Shown: positions 1 to 11,140 of the stretch, piece after piece | How the letters are laid out: each line of letters opens with the position of its first letter | How positions within the stretch are numbered: position 1 is the first letter of the stretch | NCBI RefSeq assembly: GCF_964204645.1 | Contig: NC_134027.1 | Span: 310,001-374,000 of the forward strand | Reading direction: 5' to 3' | Source: Tubulanus polymorphus | Taxonomy: Eukaryota; Animalia; Nemertea | DNA length: 64,000 nt | Made by a program: the position numbers and the translations under genes | Notes under the pieces: generated by a model | The model's input: only the letters and a program-made list of their open reading frames with translations | The model's database searches: none | Told to the model about the DNA's origin: nothing

Positions 1-329
1 AATTTGATAAGAATATTATCATTTTTAAAAAGTATTAAAACGTCGTCAAGCGAACTCGTCAGACAACCAGCAGTACACACATCACACCAGGCGCGCAGTA
101 TTGTAGATTTTGAAGTTATGATGACATCCACATCGATCCTAACAGAGGAGTGAAATAGCATGGTTCATAGAGTGTGTTCTATCATAGAATTGTACATTAC
201 ATTATGTAAATCATGATTTATTTCTAAAAGTTTGAGAGACCAAGGAGAATTACATATATATAACAGATACAGGAATACAAATTACTGATTTCAAACCTGC
301 ATCTAAATTATAGACATCAGACGTAGACC

Positions 330-1562
330 ATGATAGCGAGGTATCATTATAGGCGTTTAGTTTCATTCCGCAGAGAATTCGGTCGGTATTTTCCTGTGGT
401 TCTCTACCCGATAGGAGTTGTGCTGAACACGTTCACTATAATTTACTTGTTGAAATATCGTCGTAATGTTTCGATTCGGGCGACGTTTATCTATTTGATA
501 GCTCTCGCGGTCTCTGATCAGACGTACGTGTTGTTTAAAGGAATATTCAGATATCCGATCTATATTCAAACATTACTCAAAGATTGTTACTTCACTAATC
601 GGTGTTCCAGTCAGATTCTACTATTTTATATTCGTTATTTCGATATAATTCAATGGCACTATTCGTTTTGTTATCTATCTCACCTAATAACTACGTCTGT
701 TAATTTCACATGTAACTGGTTAGTTGTAATTATCTCTATTGAACGTTTCGTCGCCGTTAAAACGCCATTTTTTCACATGAAACACGTGACCATCAAGTTG
801 CGACAATACGCAGTTACAGCCGCAGTACTGTCAGCTGTATTGATATCACTTCCGGACTTTCTAACAATTTTGTCAACGAAGTTACCTATTATTGTTTTTC
901 GGTATAGATGGACTGGTGTTGGAGAGAACCGGACTCGTGGGGAAAGATATATTCATTCAACCTATTCTACTATTACCTGTACCAGTGACCCATTCAGTTT
1001 TAACTGGATGATTCTAGGAGTTACTATGTATTCATTAAAAGTTGCTCAATTTCTACGCGTTAAAACGATTTTTGTGTGTGACATAATTCCTGTTTTTCTG
1101 ATTCTAATTTTCTCGATGTTAACTGCGGCAAGCAAGGATAAAACTGTTAATTCGAATACGAAACGAAACAGTGTCCGATCTAATAAAACACTTCACGCTG
1201 TCGTCATTGTATTTCTTGTATTTGTGGCTCCCTTTTCAACGTTATTTTTGTTAAAGGTAATTAGCGGTGCTTTAGGAACCAAATCCGGCGTCGGGAATGC
1301 GGGGTCCGCCAATGAAACAATGTTTTCAACAATTAGATTTTTTCGGCTCGGTTCTGAGCGTCTTGCGAGCATACCCGTGGATAACCTGGCTGTAAACAGG
1401 AAGAATTCTGAAGAAACTGTCTATGATTATATGGAACAGTGGTGCGAGGTTCTAACTCTATTAGCCACCTATTTCCGGTCGATAGTCTACTGTAGTAATT
1501 TCATCGTTTATTTTTTTACGCTAAAAATTTATAAAATGTTATCGATTCTTCACCGGAAGTAG
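330..1562 (+). CDS. Intronless class A (rhodopsin-like) GPCR, peptide-receptor/chemoreceptor-like, 410 aa; tandem copy 1
   Basis: 7 hydrophobic segments; TM1 PIGVVLN, TM2 LAVSD, TM3 ISIERF (DRY variant), TM7 SNFIVY (NPxxY variant). Confidence 0.9.
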   Translation: MIARYHYRRLVSFRREFGRYFPVVLYPIGVVLNTFTIIYLLKYRRNVSIRATFIYLIALAVSDQTYVLFKGIFRYPIYIQTLLKDCYFTNRCSSQILLFYIRYFDIIQWHYSFCYLSHLITTSVNFTCNWLVVIISIERFVAVKTPFFHMKHVTIKLRQYAVTAAVLSAVLISLPDFLTILSTKLPIIVFRYRWTGVGENRTRGERYIHSTYSTITCTSDPFSFNWMILGVTMYSLKVAQFLRVKTIFVCDIIPVFLILIFSMLTAASKDKTVNSNTKRNSVRSNKTLHAVVIVFLVFVAPFSTLFLLKVISGALGTKSGVGNAGSANETMFSTIRFFRLGSERLASIPVDNLAVNRKNSEETVYDYMEQWCEVLTLLATYFRSIVYCSNFIVYFFTLKIYKMLSILHRK

Positions 1563-2028
1563 AAGCCGTACGTTAGACATAACCGGAAGTAGAATCCATT
1601 CGGAAATAGGAAACTGTCGGGTGATTTGATTTGTAGCGGTTTCCATAAATTAGGATCAAACAACTTCCTGTGTTTTGGCAAATAATATCTCATCTCCCCA
1701 TACATGCATCTGTCTAAAAAAAGACATTATGTAATTTATTTTCTAGTGACTTCTCTTGCAACAAATATATTTTCTATGTGTTGTTGTTTGAGCTCCCCAG
1801 CGACTATTATTTGGGTCATCATATCCTTCGTGGGGGGGGGGGGGCATGCGAGATTTTATGTGTTTCTGTCTATATAGGTCATTGATGTTATAAAATGTTC
1901 CAGTCATCAATTTAAAGTCAAATCCGGCCCGAGTTCAGTTTTACGAAAGGCTGAAATTTTAACCCATAGTTTTATTTAGATAGATGCGTAAACATTGAGA
2001 GCGACAGAAATATAAGAACATGGAAATA

Positions 2029-2175
2029 CATTGCACCAACTTACAAACTCACACAATCACCACAGCTCAGTGGTCTAGTGGTTTGGACAGTGGACTGGCA
2101 ACTGAGAGACCCAGGTTCAAATCCCGTTGGTTGACTGACCTAGGGTTAGGGTTACGCGCCTAGGGTTAGCGGTCA
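2029..2175 (+). mobile_element. tRNA-derived repeat element with telomere-like tail (copy 1)
   Basis: A-box GTGGTCTAGTGG and B-box GGTTCAAATCC, followed by TAGGGTTAGGGTTA; homologous copy at 47652-47815. Confidence 0.65.
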
Positions 2176-3256
2176 GCAGTGAGTGGTATATCCGTATATT
2201 TTTTTGTTCTCACACTGGATCTCATGCTCTAACACGAGCTCCTGTCTCATTAGTGCTCATTAAATTTCTGATAAAACGTATTCCGAAAGCGATAATGTTG
2301 GCGATATAAATTCAGAATTTGTGATTTTTCTCAGGAAGTGGAAAAATTATTAATTTCCGCGAGGCAGCATCTGTGAAGAATTAAAGAATTATAGTTAATA
2401 GACTGAGAATGAATTTGTACGTCAGTCTCGTTTTGTAAGGCTCTTATGAGCAAGTAATTTCACGGCTCGATTAGTTATGAAATTCTTTACTTTTTATCTA
2501 AACGACTGTGAAGACGACGATCAGAGATAAATCCTCACCAACCAATCTAGAATATTGGCCGCTGAAGAATTAAGACGTATTAGTCAGTCTGGTCTCTATA
2601 CAGATATACACAGTCGTGCATTGTAACTTAATAACTTACGAGTAATTGGTAGAAAATTGATTCGTTCTAGTGCTATGTTCAACAGACTCAATGAATAAGT
2701 TTGATTTCAGCTAATGAAGTTACGTGTTCAGTCTATATCGCGCTGGAGACCATCGATTCTAACTGCTTTTAAAAATGTTTCAATCGTCAATTCAAAGTTT
2801 TAACCCCGTACTCAACTGGGACATTTCCAATATTCTAACTCTACGTGTCGTGTGGAACTGTGGCAACCATGTCAACATGGTGTTGAAATTTGAGATAAGA
2901 GTCTTAAGTATTTATTTTCACAGGATTATTGATAAGAATATTATCATTTTTAAGAAGTATTAAAACGTCGCCAAGCGAACTCGCCAGACAACCAGCATCA
3001 CACCAGGCGCGCAGTATTGTAGATTTTGAAGTTATGATGACATCCACATCGATCCTAACAGAGGAGTGAAATAGCATGGTTCATAGAGTCTGTTCTATCA
3101 TAGAATTGTACATTACATTATGTGAATCATGATTTTATTCTAAAAGTTCTAGAGGCCAAGGAGAATTACATATATATATGTATATATATAACAGATACAT
3201 TCACGCGGAGCACAAATTCGGATTTCAACTTGCATCTCAATTATAGACATGAGACC

Positions 3257-4489
3257 ATGATAGAGGGGTATCATTTTAGACGTTTAGTTTCATTCCGCAG
3301 AGAATTCGGTCGGTATTTTACTGTGGTTCTCTACCCGATAGGAGTTGTGCTGAACACGTTCACTATAATTTACTTGTTGAAATATCGTCGTAACGTTTCG
3401 ATTCGGGCGACGTTTATCTATTTGATAGTTCTCGCGGTCTCTGATCAGACGTACGTGTTGTTTAAAGGAATATTCAGATATCCGATCTATATTCAAACAT
3501 TACTCGAAGATTGTTACTTCACTAATCGGTGTTCCAGTCAGATTCTATTGTTTTATATTCGTTATTTCAATATAGTTCAATGGCACTATTCGTTTTGTTA
3601 TCTATCTCACCTAATAATTACAACTGTTAATTTCACGTGTAACTGGTTGGTTGTAATTATCTCTATTGAACGTTTCATCGCCGTTAAAACGCCATTTTTT
3701 CACATGAAACACGTGACCGTCAAGGTGCGACAATACGCAGTTTTAGCTACAGTAATGTCAGCTGTACTGATATCACTACCGGGCTTTCTTACACTTGCGA
3801 TAACGAAGTCACCTATAATTGTTTTTCGGTATAGATGGACTGGTGTTGGAGAGAACCGGACTCGTGGGGATAAATATATTCATTCAACCTATTCTACTAT
3901 TGATTGTAGCAATGACCCAGTGAGTTTTAACTGGATGATTCTGGGAGTTACGATGTATTCATTAAAAGTTGCTCAATTTCTACGCGTTAAAACGATTTTT
4001 GTGTGTGACGTGATTCCTGTTTTTCTGATTATATATTTCTCGATGTTAACTGCGGCAAGCAAGGATAAAACTGTTAATTCGAGTACGAAACGAAACAGCG
4101 TCCGATCTAATAAAACACTTCACGCTGTCGTCATTGTATTTCTTGTATTTGTGGCTCCCTTTTCAACGTTATTTTTGTTGAAGGTCATTGGTGGGCTTTT
4201 TGGAACTAGACCCGGTGTTGGAAACGTGGATTTCGCCAATGGAACCATGTTTTCAACAATTAAAATTTTTCAGATCAGTCCTGGACGTCTTGGTACCATA
4301 CCCGTGGATAAAGCAGCTGTTGACGCGATAATCGTTGAAGAATCTATGTTTGATTATTTGGAACAGTGGTGCGAGGCTCTTGCTCTATTAGCCCAACAAC
4401 TCCGGCCAACTGTTTACTGCAGTAATTTCATCGTATATGTTTTTACATTAAAAATTTATAAAATGTTATCGAATCTTCACCGGAAGTAG
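3257..4489 (+). CDS. Intronless class A GPCR, 410 aa; tandem copy 2
   Basis: Colinear paralog of 330-1562; ATG at 3257 gives an identical length; flanks also duplicated (~1-1797 vs ~2926-4722). Confidence 0.9.
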   Translation: MIEGYHFRRLVSFRREFGRYFTVVLYPIGVVLNTFTIIYLLKYRRNVSIRATFIYLIVLAVSDQTYVLFKGIFRYPIYIQTLLEDCYFTNRCSSQILLFYIRYFNIVQWHYSFCYLSHLIITTVNFTCNWLVVIISIERFIAVKTPFFHMKHVTVKVRQYAVLATVMSAVLISLPGFLTLAITKSPIIVFRYRWTGVGENRTRGDKYIHSTYSTIDCSNDPVSFNWMILGVTMYSLKVAQFLRVKTIFVCDVIPVFLIIYFSMLTAASKDKTVNSSTKRNSVRSNKTLHAVVIVFLVFVAPFSTLFLLKVIGGLFGTRPGVGNVDFANGTMFSTIKIFQISPGRLGTIPVDKAAVDAIIVEESMFDYLEQWCEALALLAQQLRPTVYCSNFIVYVFTLKIYKMLSNLHRK

Positions 4490-5417
4490 AAGCCGGACGT
4501 AAGAAATAACCGGAAGTAGAATCCGACCGGATATAGGAAACTGTCGGGTGATTTGATTTGTAGCGGTTTCCATAAATTAGGATCAAACAACTAGTATATA
4601 CTAGCAAATAATATCCCATCTCCCCATACATGCATCTGTCTAAAAAAAGACATTACGTAATTTATTTTCTAGTTAGTTCTCTTGCAGCAAATATATTTTC
4701 TATGTGTTGTTGTTTGACCCCCCCCTCCCGGTGTGTATATGATGAGAGTGATGTTATGGGTCAGGGATCGATGACCCTTTCTCTCTCCTTTCTCCTACCT
4801 CTCCCTTCCCTCCCCCTCTCTCTATACTCTCTCCTCTCTCTCCTCTCTCTAACCTCTCCCCTCCCTCCCCTCTCAAAGAAAACCCATAAAATACGGTCTG
4901 GGGTGGATTTGATATCCCGGAGGTTTTTTGATTACAAGGTGAAACATGAAACAAGCGTAAAATCTTCCCTCAATATGATGTGATAGCAGTTGTATATTTA
5001 ACAAAATAACTTGGTCAAATCGATAGAAACATGACAACATGGAAATAGTTGACGTCTGACTGGCCGTCCGACCATCCGTAAATATTTATAGAAATAACTA
5101 TCAGTTAATATGCAAAAGTTAAATCTTAATCTTTGTTCACGAGATCTTTTTTCTTTCAACATCAAATCGCAAGAAGAAAATACAAAACTGACAGAAAAAA
5201 CTGTACAATATGTTTTGAATTTCCCAGAAAAAAAAAATATTCAGTTTGTTAAAATGAAATGAATAGGAAAATGATTTGTTGAATTCTGGACGTAACGAAG
5301 ATGACAGAAATCTCGAGTGTTTGAAATATGAATATTCCTGTCGTGTGTTTTTAAACCAATGAGAATTCAGCGATGCGATGGAAGTGAAATGAACAGGATT
5401 TAGATACAGACTGCGGT

Positions 5418-5505
5418 ATGACAGGCTGCGGTATGACAGGCTGTGGTTCTACAAGCTTGACAGGCTCTACAAGCTTGACAGGCTCTACAGGCTTGACAGG
5501 CTCTA
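5418..5505. repeat. Short minisatellite (TGACAGGCT core, 15-18 bp units)
   Basis: Visible tandem units such as acaagcttgacaggctct. Confidence 0.75.
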
Positions 5506-6500
5506 TTCAGATCGTTTAGTATTAGGATTTAATCATTAATTCATGGCGTAAGTAATTATTAAAACTTTTTTTAGTTCGTTACTTAAGCTAACTCATTAAA
5601 TTGGTTCATTCTTTCAATGACTAATGAACCACTTTCAATTTTGATTCTGAAACCATTTCAATCTGAGTTTTAAATTTTTGGAGGAAAATATTTACGTTAG
5701 TCGAGGGTATTTGTAAATTCTTCAGATTCAACGATATCTAATCGTAGAAATTCTTGAATTTAATTTTTCGGAATAAATCCTGAAAACTTGTTGAGATTTC
5801 GAAACGAATTCGGCCCGTGTATGAGTAGGTTATTGACCTAACGATGTAATCAATATTCGGCGTATATCAAATCACAAATGTCGATGACGGCGACTCAAAT
5901 ATTAATTTGAATACGTCGAATGCCAAAACCTGCGTTACTACATATAGCAATATTGCCTCATACACGAATAATAACCATCGGCAATTCATCTTTTTAAAGA
6001 ATAGGATTTGGCATTTTGTATTGATACAATACGGCTGAGTTAACGGTTATGCCCTGACAAACTGAAAGATATATTCCCCTCGTAATTTCTAACAGGCATC
6101 ATTCATAACGGTTTAAGAGTTTATGAACCCTGTCGGTCCAGACCTCTGGCGTCTGGTTGTAGATGATTTGTGATACGCGGTATAAAGTCGACAAGACAGT
6201 TTTTTCATTACTAGATATATCGGTGGTGGAGCTTTTGACAGAAAGGAACCGTAGAACTGTATATTGCCCGCAACATGTCGGAATATAGCGCGGTATTAGC
6301 GTCTTTCTCATACTGCAGGATCACAAAATGTCAATGATTTAAACGTATTTCTTCCTCTGAGTTAGTTTGACATTCTTGCTGGTATTTGCAGAGTAGGATG
6401 TTTTCATCAAGGACATACATAGCAAAACCTGAAATAAAAACAACTCATCTTTTTCGAAATGAACTACAGCTAGGCTAATTCAAGTCCTAAGATTCATATG

Positions 6501-6697
6501 GAAGCACGATATGACTCCCTGAGATTCAGGGAGCACGATATGACTCCCTGAGATTCAGGAAGCACGATATGACTCCCTGAGATTCAGGAAGCACGATATG
6601 ACTCCCTGAGATTCAGGAAGCACGATACGACTCCCTGAGATTCAGGAGGCACAATATGACTCCCTGAGATTCAGGGGGGACAATATGACTCCCTAAG
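6501..6697. repeat. 29-bp minisatellite, ~7 copies
   Basis: Unit gaagcacgatatgactccctgagattcag. Confidence 0.9.
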
Positions 6698-6870
6698 AGG
6701 TCATTATGAAACTGGTGGGAGTTATATAGAGTCTCTGTTAATAGAATAGAACAAATTCTGATGGAAGTGGAGTTTACAAGAATGAAAGGTTTCTATTTAC
6801 TGGCGGCAAGTCTGGAGTGTATCTTAAGAAACTGTTTTGATCAGAGAATGATAGCGGGCGGGATCATCAG

Positions 6871-7020
6871 CCTGACTGGTCACCGATCACCACAATGACT
6901 GGTCACCAGTCACCACAATGACCAGATAAATTCAAAATGTTCGTGACGTGGTACAGTGGGCAATGCGTTGGGCTTTCAAGCTGATGGTCCCAAGTTCGAG
7001 CTCTGCTAGGGTAATTTTTT
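6871..7020 (+). mobile_element. Degenerate tRNA-like element preceded by GACTGGTCACC repeats
   Basis: GTGGTACAGTGG ... CTTTCAA ... AAGTTCGAG then a T-run; upstream repeat matches the 24-bp unit at 47508. Confidence 0.45.
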
Positions 7021-7398
7021 CGAGCTTATTGCATCCTTATTTTGGATCATTTTTTTGTAAACCACGCCAGTGCAAGTCATCCTTAAAGAGCTGATTTATA
7101 CATTGATTACTTGGGGCCCAAACATGGTATTCACAAGGGTCAAGTTGAATTTCACAGTAACAAGACCTGCTAATTGAGATAACCATGGATACCGATCGTT
7201 ATCCATCAATTCCTATAAACAATAGTTGTTATAATACACAGTCTCTAGTCAATAAGAGATCAAATATTATCGATTATTTGATTTTTAATAATCATAGCGA
7301 AAATTCATTCGCAAAAATCGATAATTTATTGTTCGATATGGATATAGAACCGGTAGTGAAACTGTGAATACATAATTCAATTTGACAATATTCCTATC

Positions 7399-7517
7399 GG
7401 TGTGTGGTGTGTGGTGTGTGGTGTGTGGTGTGTGGTGTGTGGTGTGTGGTGTGTGGTGTGTGGTGTGTGGTGTGTGGTGTGTGGTGTGTGGTGTGTGGTG
7501 TGTGGTGTGTGGTGTGT
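7399..7517. repeat. 7-bp microsatellite (GGTGTGT)n
   Basis: Direct reading. Confidence 0.95.
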
Positions 7518-9185
7518 GGGGGGGGGGGGAGGTTGAGAGGGAGAGAAACGGAGGGCTGATAATTGTGTTGATAATTCTATAGTTTACCTATGCGCTGAAT
7601 CGACTAACTACATTTGTTTTCGAATTCGAATATTCAAATTAGCGTTCTGACGTCATCCTGTCCAAAATCAATAAAAAAGTAAATTTTAGGAATGAATCGA
7701 TTGTGGTATATATACTCTCTCCATCTTCCTCTCTCTCCTCCTCATCCTCTTTCCATCTTCCTCTCTGTCTCCTTTGAGTGAACTATTCCGAGCTAGCTCT
7801 CTCTCTTTCTCAATGATCCACGGTAGTTATCAGATTTTATCGGTTGCGGATTTCTTGTCGTTTCGCAGACGACACGGAAGAAAGAATCATTCTACATATT
7901 TTATCAATAAAACGATGTTTTTATGTTTCGAATTTTCGCTCAATAATTCAATAATTCAATAATGCGGGCGGTTAAACGGCTCCCAGAATCCTCACGTCTA
8001 TCGTGTTTGAGTTCTACAGATTCGAATTCTCGACGATCAAAATGGCCGAAAGCATATGAAAATACCCCTTGAACTCAATTGGAATTTCCAAATTCCGGCG
8101 AATTGATTCTTTTAGGCGGAAGAAAAAATCAATTTTCTTTCCATTCATCGGGAATTCAAAAAGTTCCTGGTTTAAATATTTCCATCATCATTGTTACGCG
8201 GCCGATTTGACCCGTCACAGACATATAGTTTACTAAGGTCACCAGTGCAGTGTTGAGCAAGCTGAAGGGTCTGATTCTAAATTGTCATAGATACCAGTAT
8301 CAGACTAGTACTCCTAGTATCTGCATACATATTCATTTGAACAACGGCTTGTAATGTAAACTCAATGTTTAACAGTTTATCGAATTAGCCCCCACTCGCT
8401 TGCCACTGCCTACTAGACTAGCGATTAATTCTATCGATCTGTTTTGGCTTGAAATACCGCTCTCTCCATTCGAAATGTAGCAATGTTTATTTAGATTCTG
8501 CCTCGCGACATCAACTTGGATTAGATTTAGAAATGGAGTTTTTATCGTCGAATCCAATATGAAATAGTTTTCAACTACTGACGTCCCTCGACTTTTAGCC
8601 TATAAACTTTAAAGGCTAAAAGTCGGTTAAAACCACTGCCTTCCCTCCTTCTCTCCCCTCTCTTTCATTCGCTCTCATCCCATCTCTCATACCGCTCTCT
8701 GTCTTCTCTTATTGTTTTCTTAACTCTCCTCTTTCCTCTACTTTCCTTGTTTCCATTCTCTCTCTTCTTAAATCTACCATCCACAGTCCAAAAAAATACC
8801 CCTCGCAGAGTCCCGAATATACCTCTAAATACTTACAACATACCTCCATCACCAGACCTCTATTCGAACTCAATATGAAATCACTCATGTTAATAACGAC
8901 ACGTTTTGTCTATTATGAGGAAGCTAATTTTGTAGGCACTCGCATCACAGGAAGTAACGTCATTCTATTGGTAAGCTGAAGGCTAAAACTGATGACAGTA
9001 ATAAATCTTTATACACAAATATTGAGCCGCTGTTAATGGCTTAGTCATTTAAGGGGATATCGGTAATTTATTTTAGCGAATAATCTAAAATTCCATCACA
9101 TCAGAACCACATCGATCTTCCTGATAGAACTAGTGGCGACTGCATTTACATATTCAATATGGAAATATTCTTCATAACTTCGCGA

Positions 9186-9690
9186 TGGTCTGCGCAGACC
9201 AGCCAGCGGCGCTGTCGGGGTGGATCTGCCGCAGACCAGCCAGCGGTGCTGTCGGGGTGGATCTGCCGCAGACCAGCCAGCGGTGCTGTCGGGGTGGATC
9301 TGCCGCAGACCAGCCAGCGGTGCTGTCGGGGTGGATCTGCCGCAGACCAGCCAGCGGCGCTGTCGGGGTAGCTCTGCCGCAGACCAGCCAGCGGCGCTGT
9401 CGGGGTAGCTCTGCCGCAGACCAGCCAGCGGTGCTGTTGGGGTAGCTATGCCGCAGACCAGCCAGCGGCGCTGTCGGGGTAGCTCTGCCGCAGACCAGCC
9501 AGCGGCGCTGTCGGGGTAGCTATGCCGCAGACCAGCCAGCGGTGCTGTTGGGGTAGCTATGCCGCAGACCAGCCAGCGGCGCTGTCGGAGTGGATCTGCC
9601 GCAGACCAGCCAGCGGCGCTGTCGGGGTGGATCTGCCGCAGGCCAGCCAGCTAGCGGCGCTGTCGGGGTAGCTCTGCCGCAGACCAGCCA
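9186..9690. repeat. GC-rich 37-bp minisatellite, ~13 copies
   Basis: Unit gcagaccagccagcggcgctgtcggggtggatctgcc; explains the three overlapping ORFs at 9159-9445. Confidence 0.95.
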
Positions 9691-11042
9691 ATTTTTTCAT
9701 ACCCGATAGTAATGGATTTTCAGCATCGACACAAATAATCACTCAAAATCACTCAAACAGGTTCTGGTCATTGCGCAGGTGTCGCAACGCCTCGCTCTAA
9801 AAAACAACCTGACTTACAAAAAACCAACTTCCTCACGTGAGAGAGTCAGTAACAGGTTTTATACCGATTGTTCATTACGCGTCATAGTGACCGTCAACAC
9901 TGTATATTTACTGGCGTCCGACAGCTTGAATTTGACGGCCACTGACAGCCACTGACGGCCACTGTGTGACGTCCAGTCTCACGGAGTAATTTAGTTTAAT
10001 GATCGGTATTAACTTAAACCTTAAAGGGGTAGGGCTAAAATGGATCAAGTTAGTTTCGATAGTTTCCAAATTTCTGAATCTTCAAGGGAAACTACGGTCA
10101 AATAGATGAGATAAAAATGAAATATATATCTCACCTCAACCGGGATTTGATAGTTTTAGATTTGAGACAGATAAATATTGAAATATTATTGTTCTATTGA
10201 TGATTTCTACCTGCAACAAAGGAGGAATCTATGATGTATGTATAACTTTGAACCTATCACAATCACCTGGGAAATCAATGATATAGATAGAGAGGAGACC
10301 CAGGGGGGGTGGGCGACAAATAAAATTAATTTGAATTCTATCGATATTTATATTACGTATAAATTGACAATTCACTATTGTTTGTTGTATATAAGGGGAA
10401 ATTCGACCAATCAAAGCGGATCTTGTGAAATTCTATTTAAACTGAATGATTCGAGTTCAGTAAACCAGTTCTACCGCAGCTGGGCATCGACAGAAAACTC
10501 ATTTCAACCGAGCGAATACAATTGACTTCAACTGTATTTTGGCATTTCTAGAGTCTGGTAAGTAAAAATCTAATATCTTCTATAAAGCAGATTTTTTTCG
10601 AAAGGTAAATAGATGAATCGTAGTTTCTGTATTCTTTTAACAACATTTCAGTAGGTATTACAAAGCTATGGAAAACTGGCTTAATTTCATCATAATTCCA
10701 TAAAAACCTGCGAAGTATTAATGCTTTCATGTATCTTACTAAAAATGTAGCTTTTCTTGTGCGAAAAATAATATCTAATTCTTTATCCGTATCGTATCTA
10801 ATTAATAGGAACAATGAAAGATATTCTCGGTTTAATAAAACGAATCTCTATGAGACCTCGCTGTTCATTACTGAGCGTGTATTAATTCACACACTGCTAG
10901 TTATGTGTAGGATAATTGAATCTTGTGGCTCATTTCAGACGCTACCATTTTCTGTGTGTCTCATTCTCTTTAAGCATACCTCCTTAATCAGTCTATTTCT
11001 GGGCCGAACATTTTTTTATCGAGCAGTATCAGAGCTTCATCG

Positions 11043-11140
11043 GGACCCAGTTGGACTCAGTTCCACAGTTGTGTGGATTCAATTATACTCAGTATCCAAT
11101 TCCACAGTTGTTTTATCGTGTGGCACTGTGGAACCGGGAC
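11043..11140. mobile_element. Small MITE of the GGNCCRGTTCCACAG-end family
   Basis: cagttccacagt ... actgtggaaccgg inverted ends. Confidence 0.5.

Noticed and set aside
3122-3256. 45-aa N-terminal extension of GPCR copy 2
   Set aside because: Starts at GTG, spans a TA microsatellite and is not in frame in copy 1
6099-6430. Minus-strand exon-like segment after an acceptor tttatttcag
   Set aside because: All three frames hit stops within ~45 codons and no homology was recognised
9159-9742. Overlapping ORFs of 61-86 aa
   Set aside because: Translations of the 37-bp repeat
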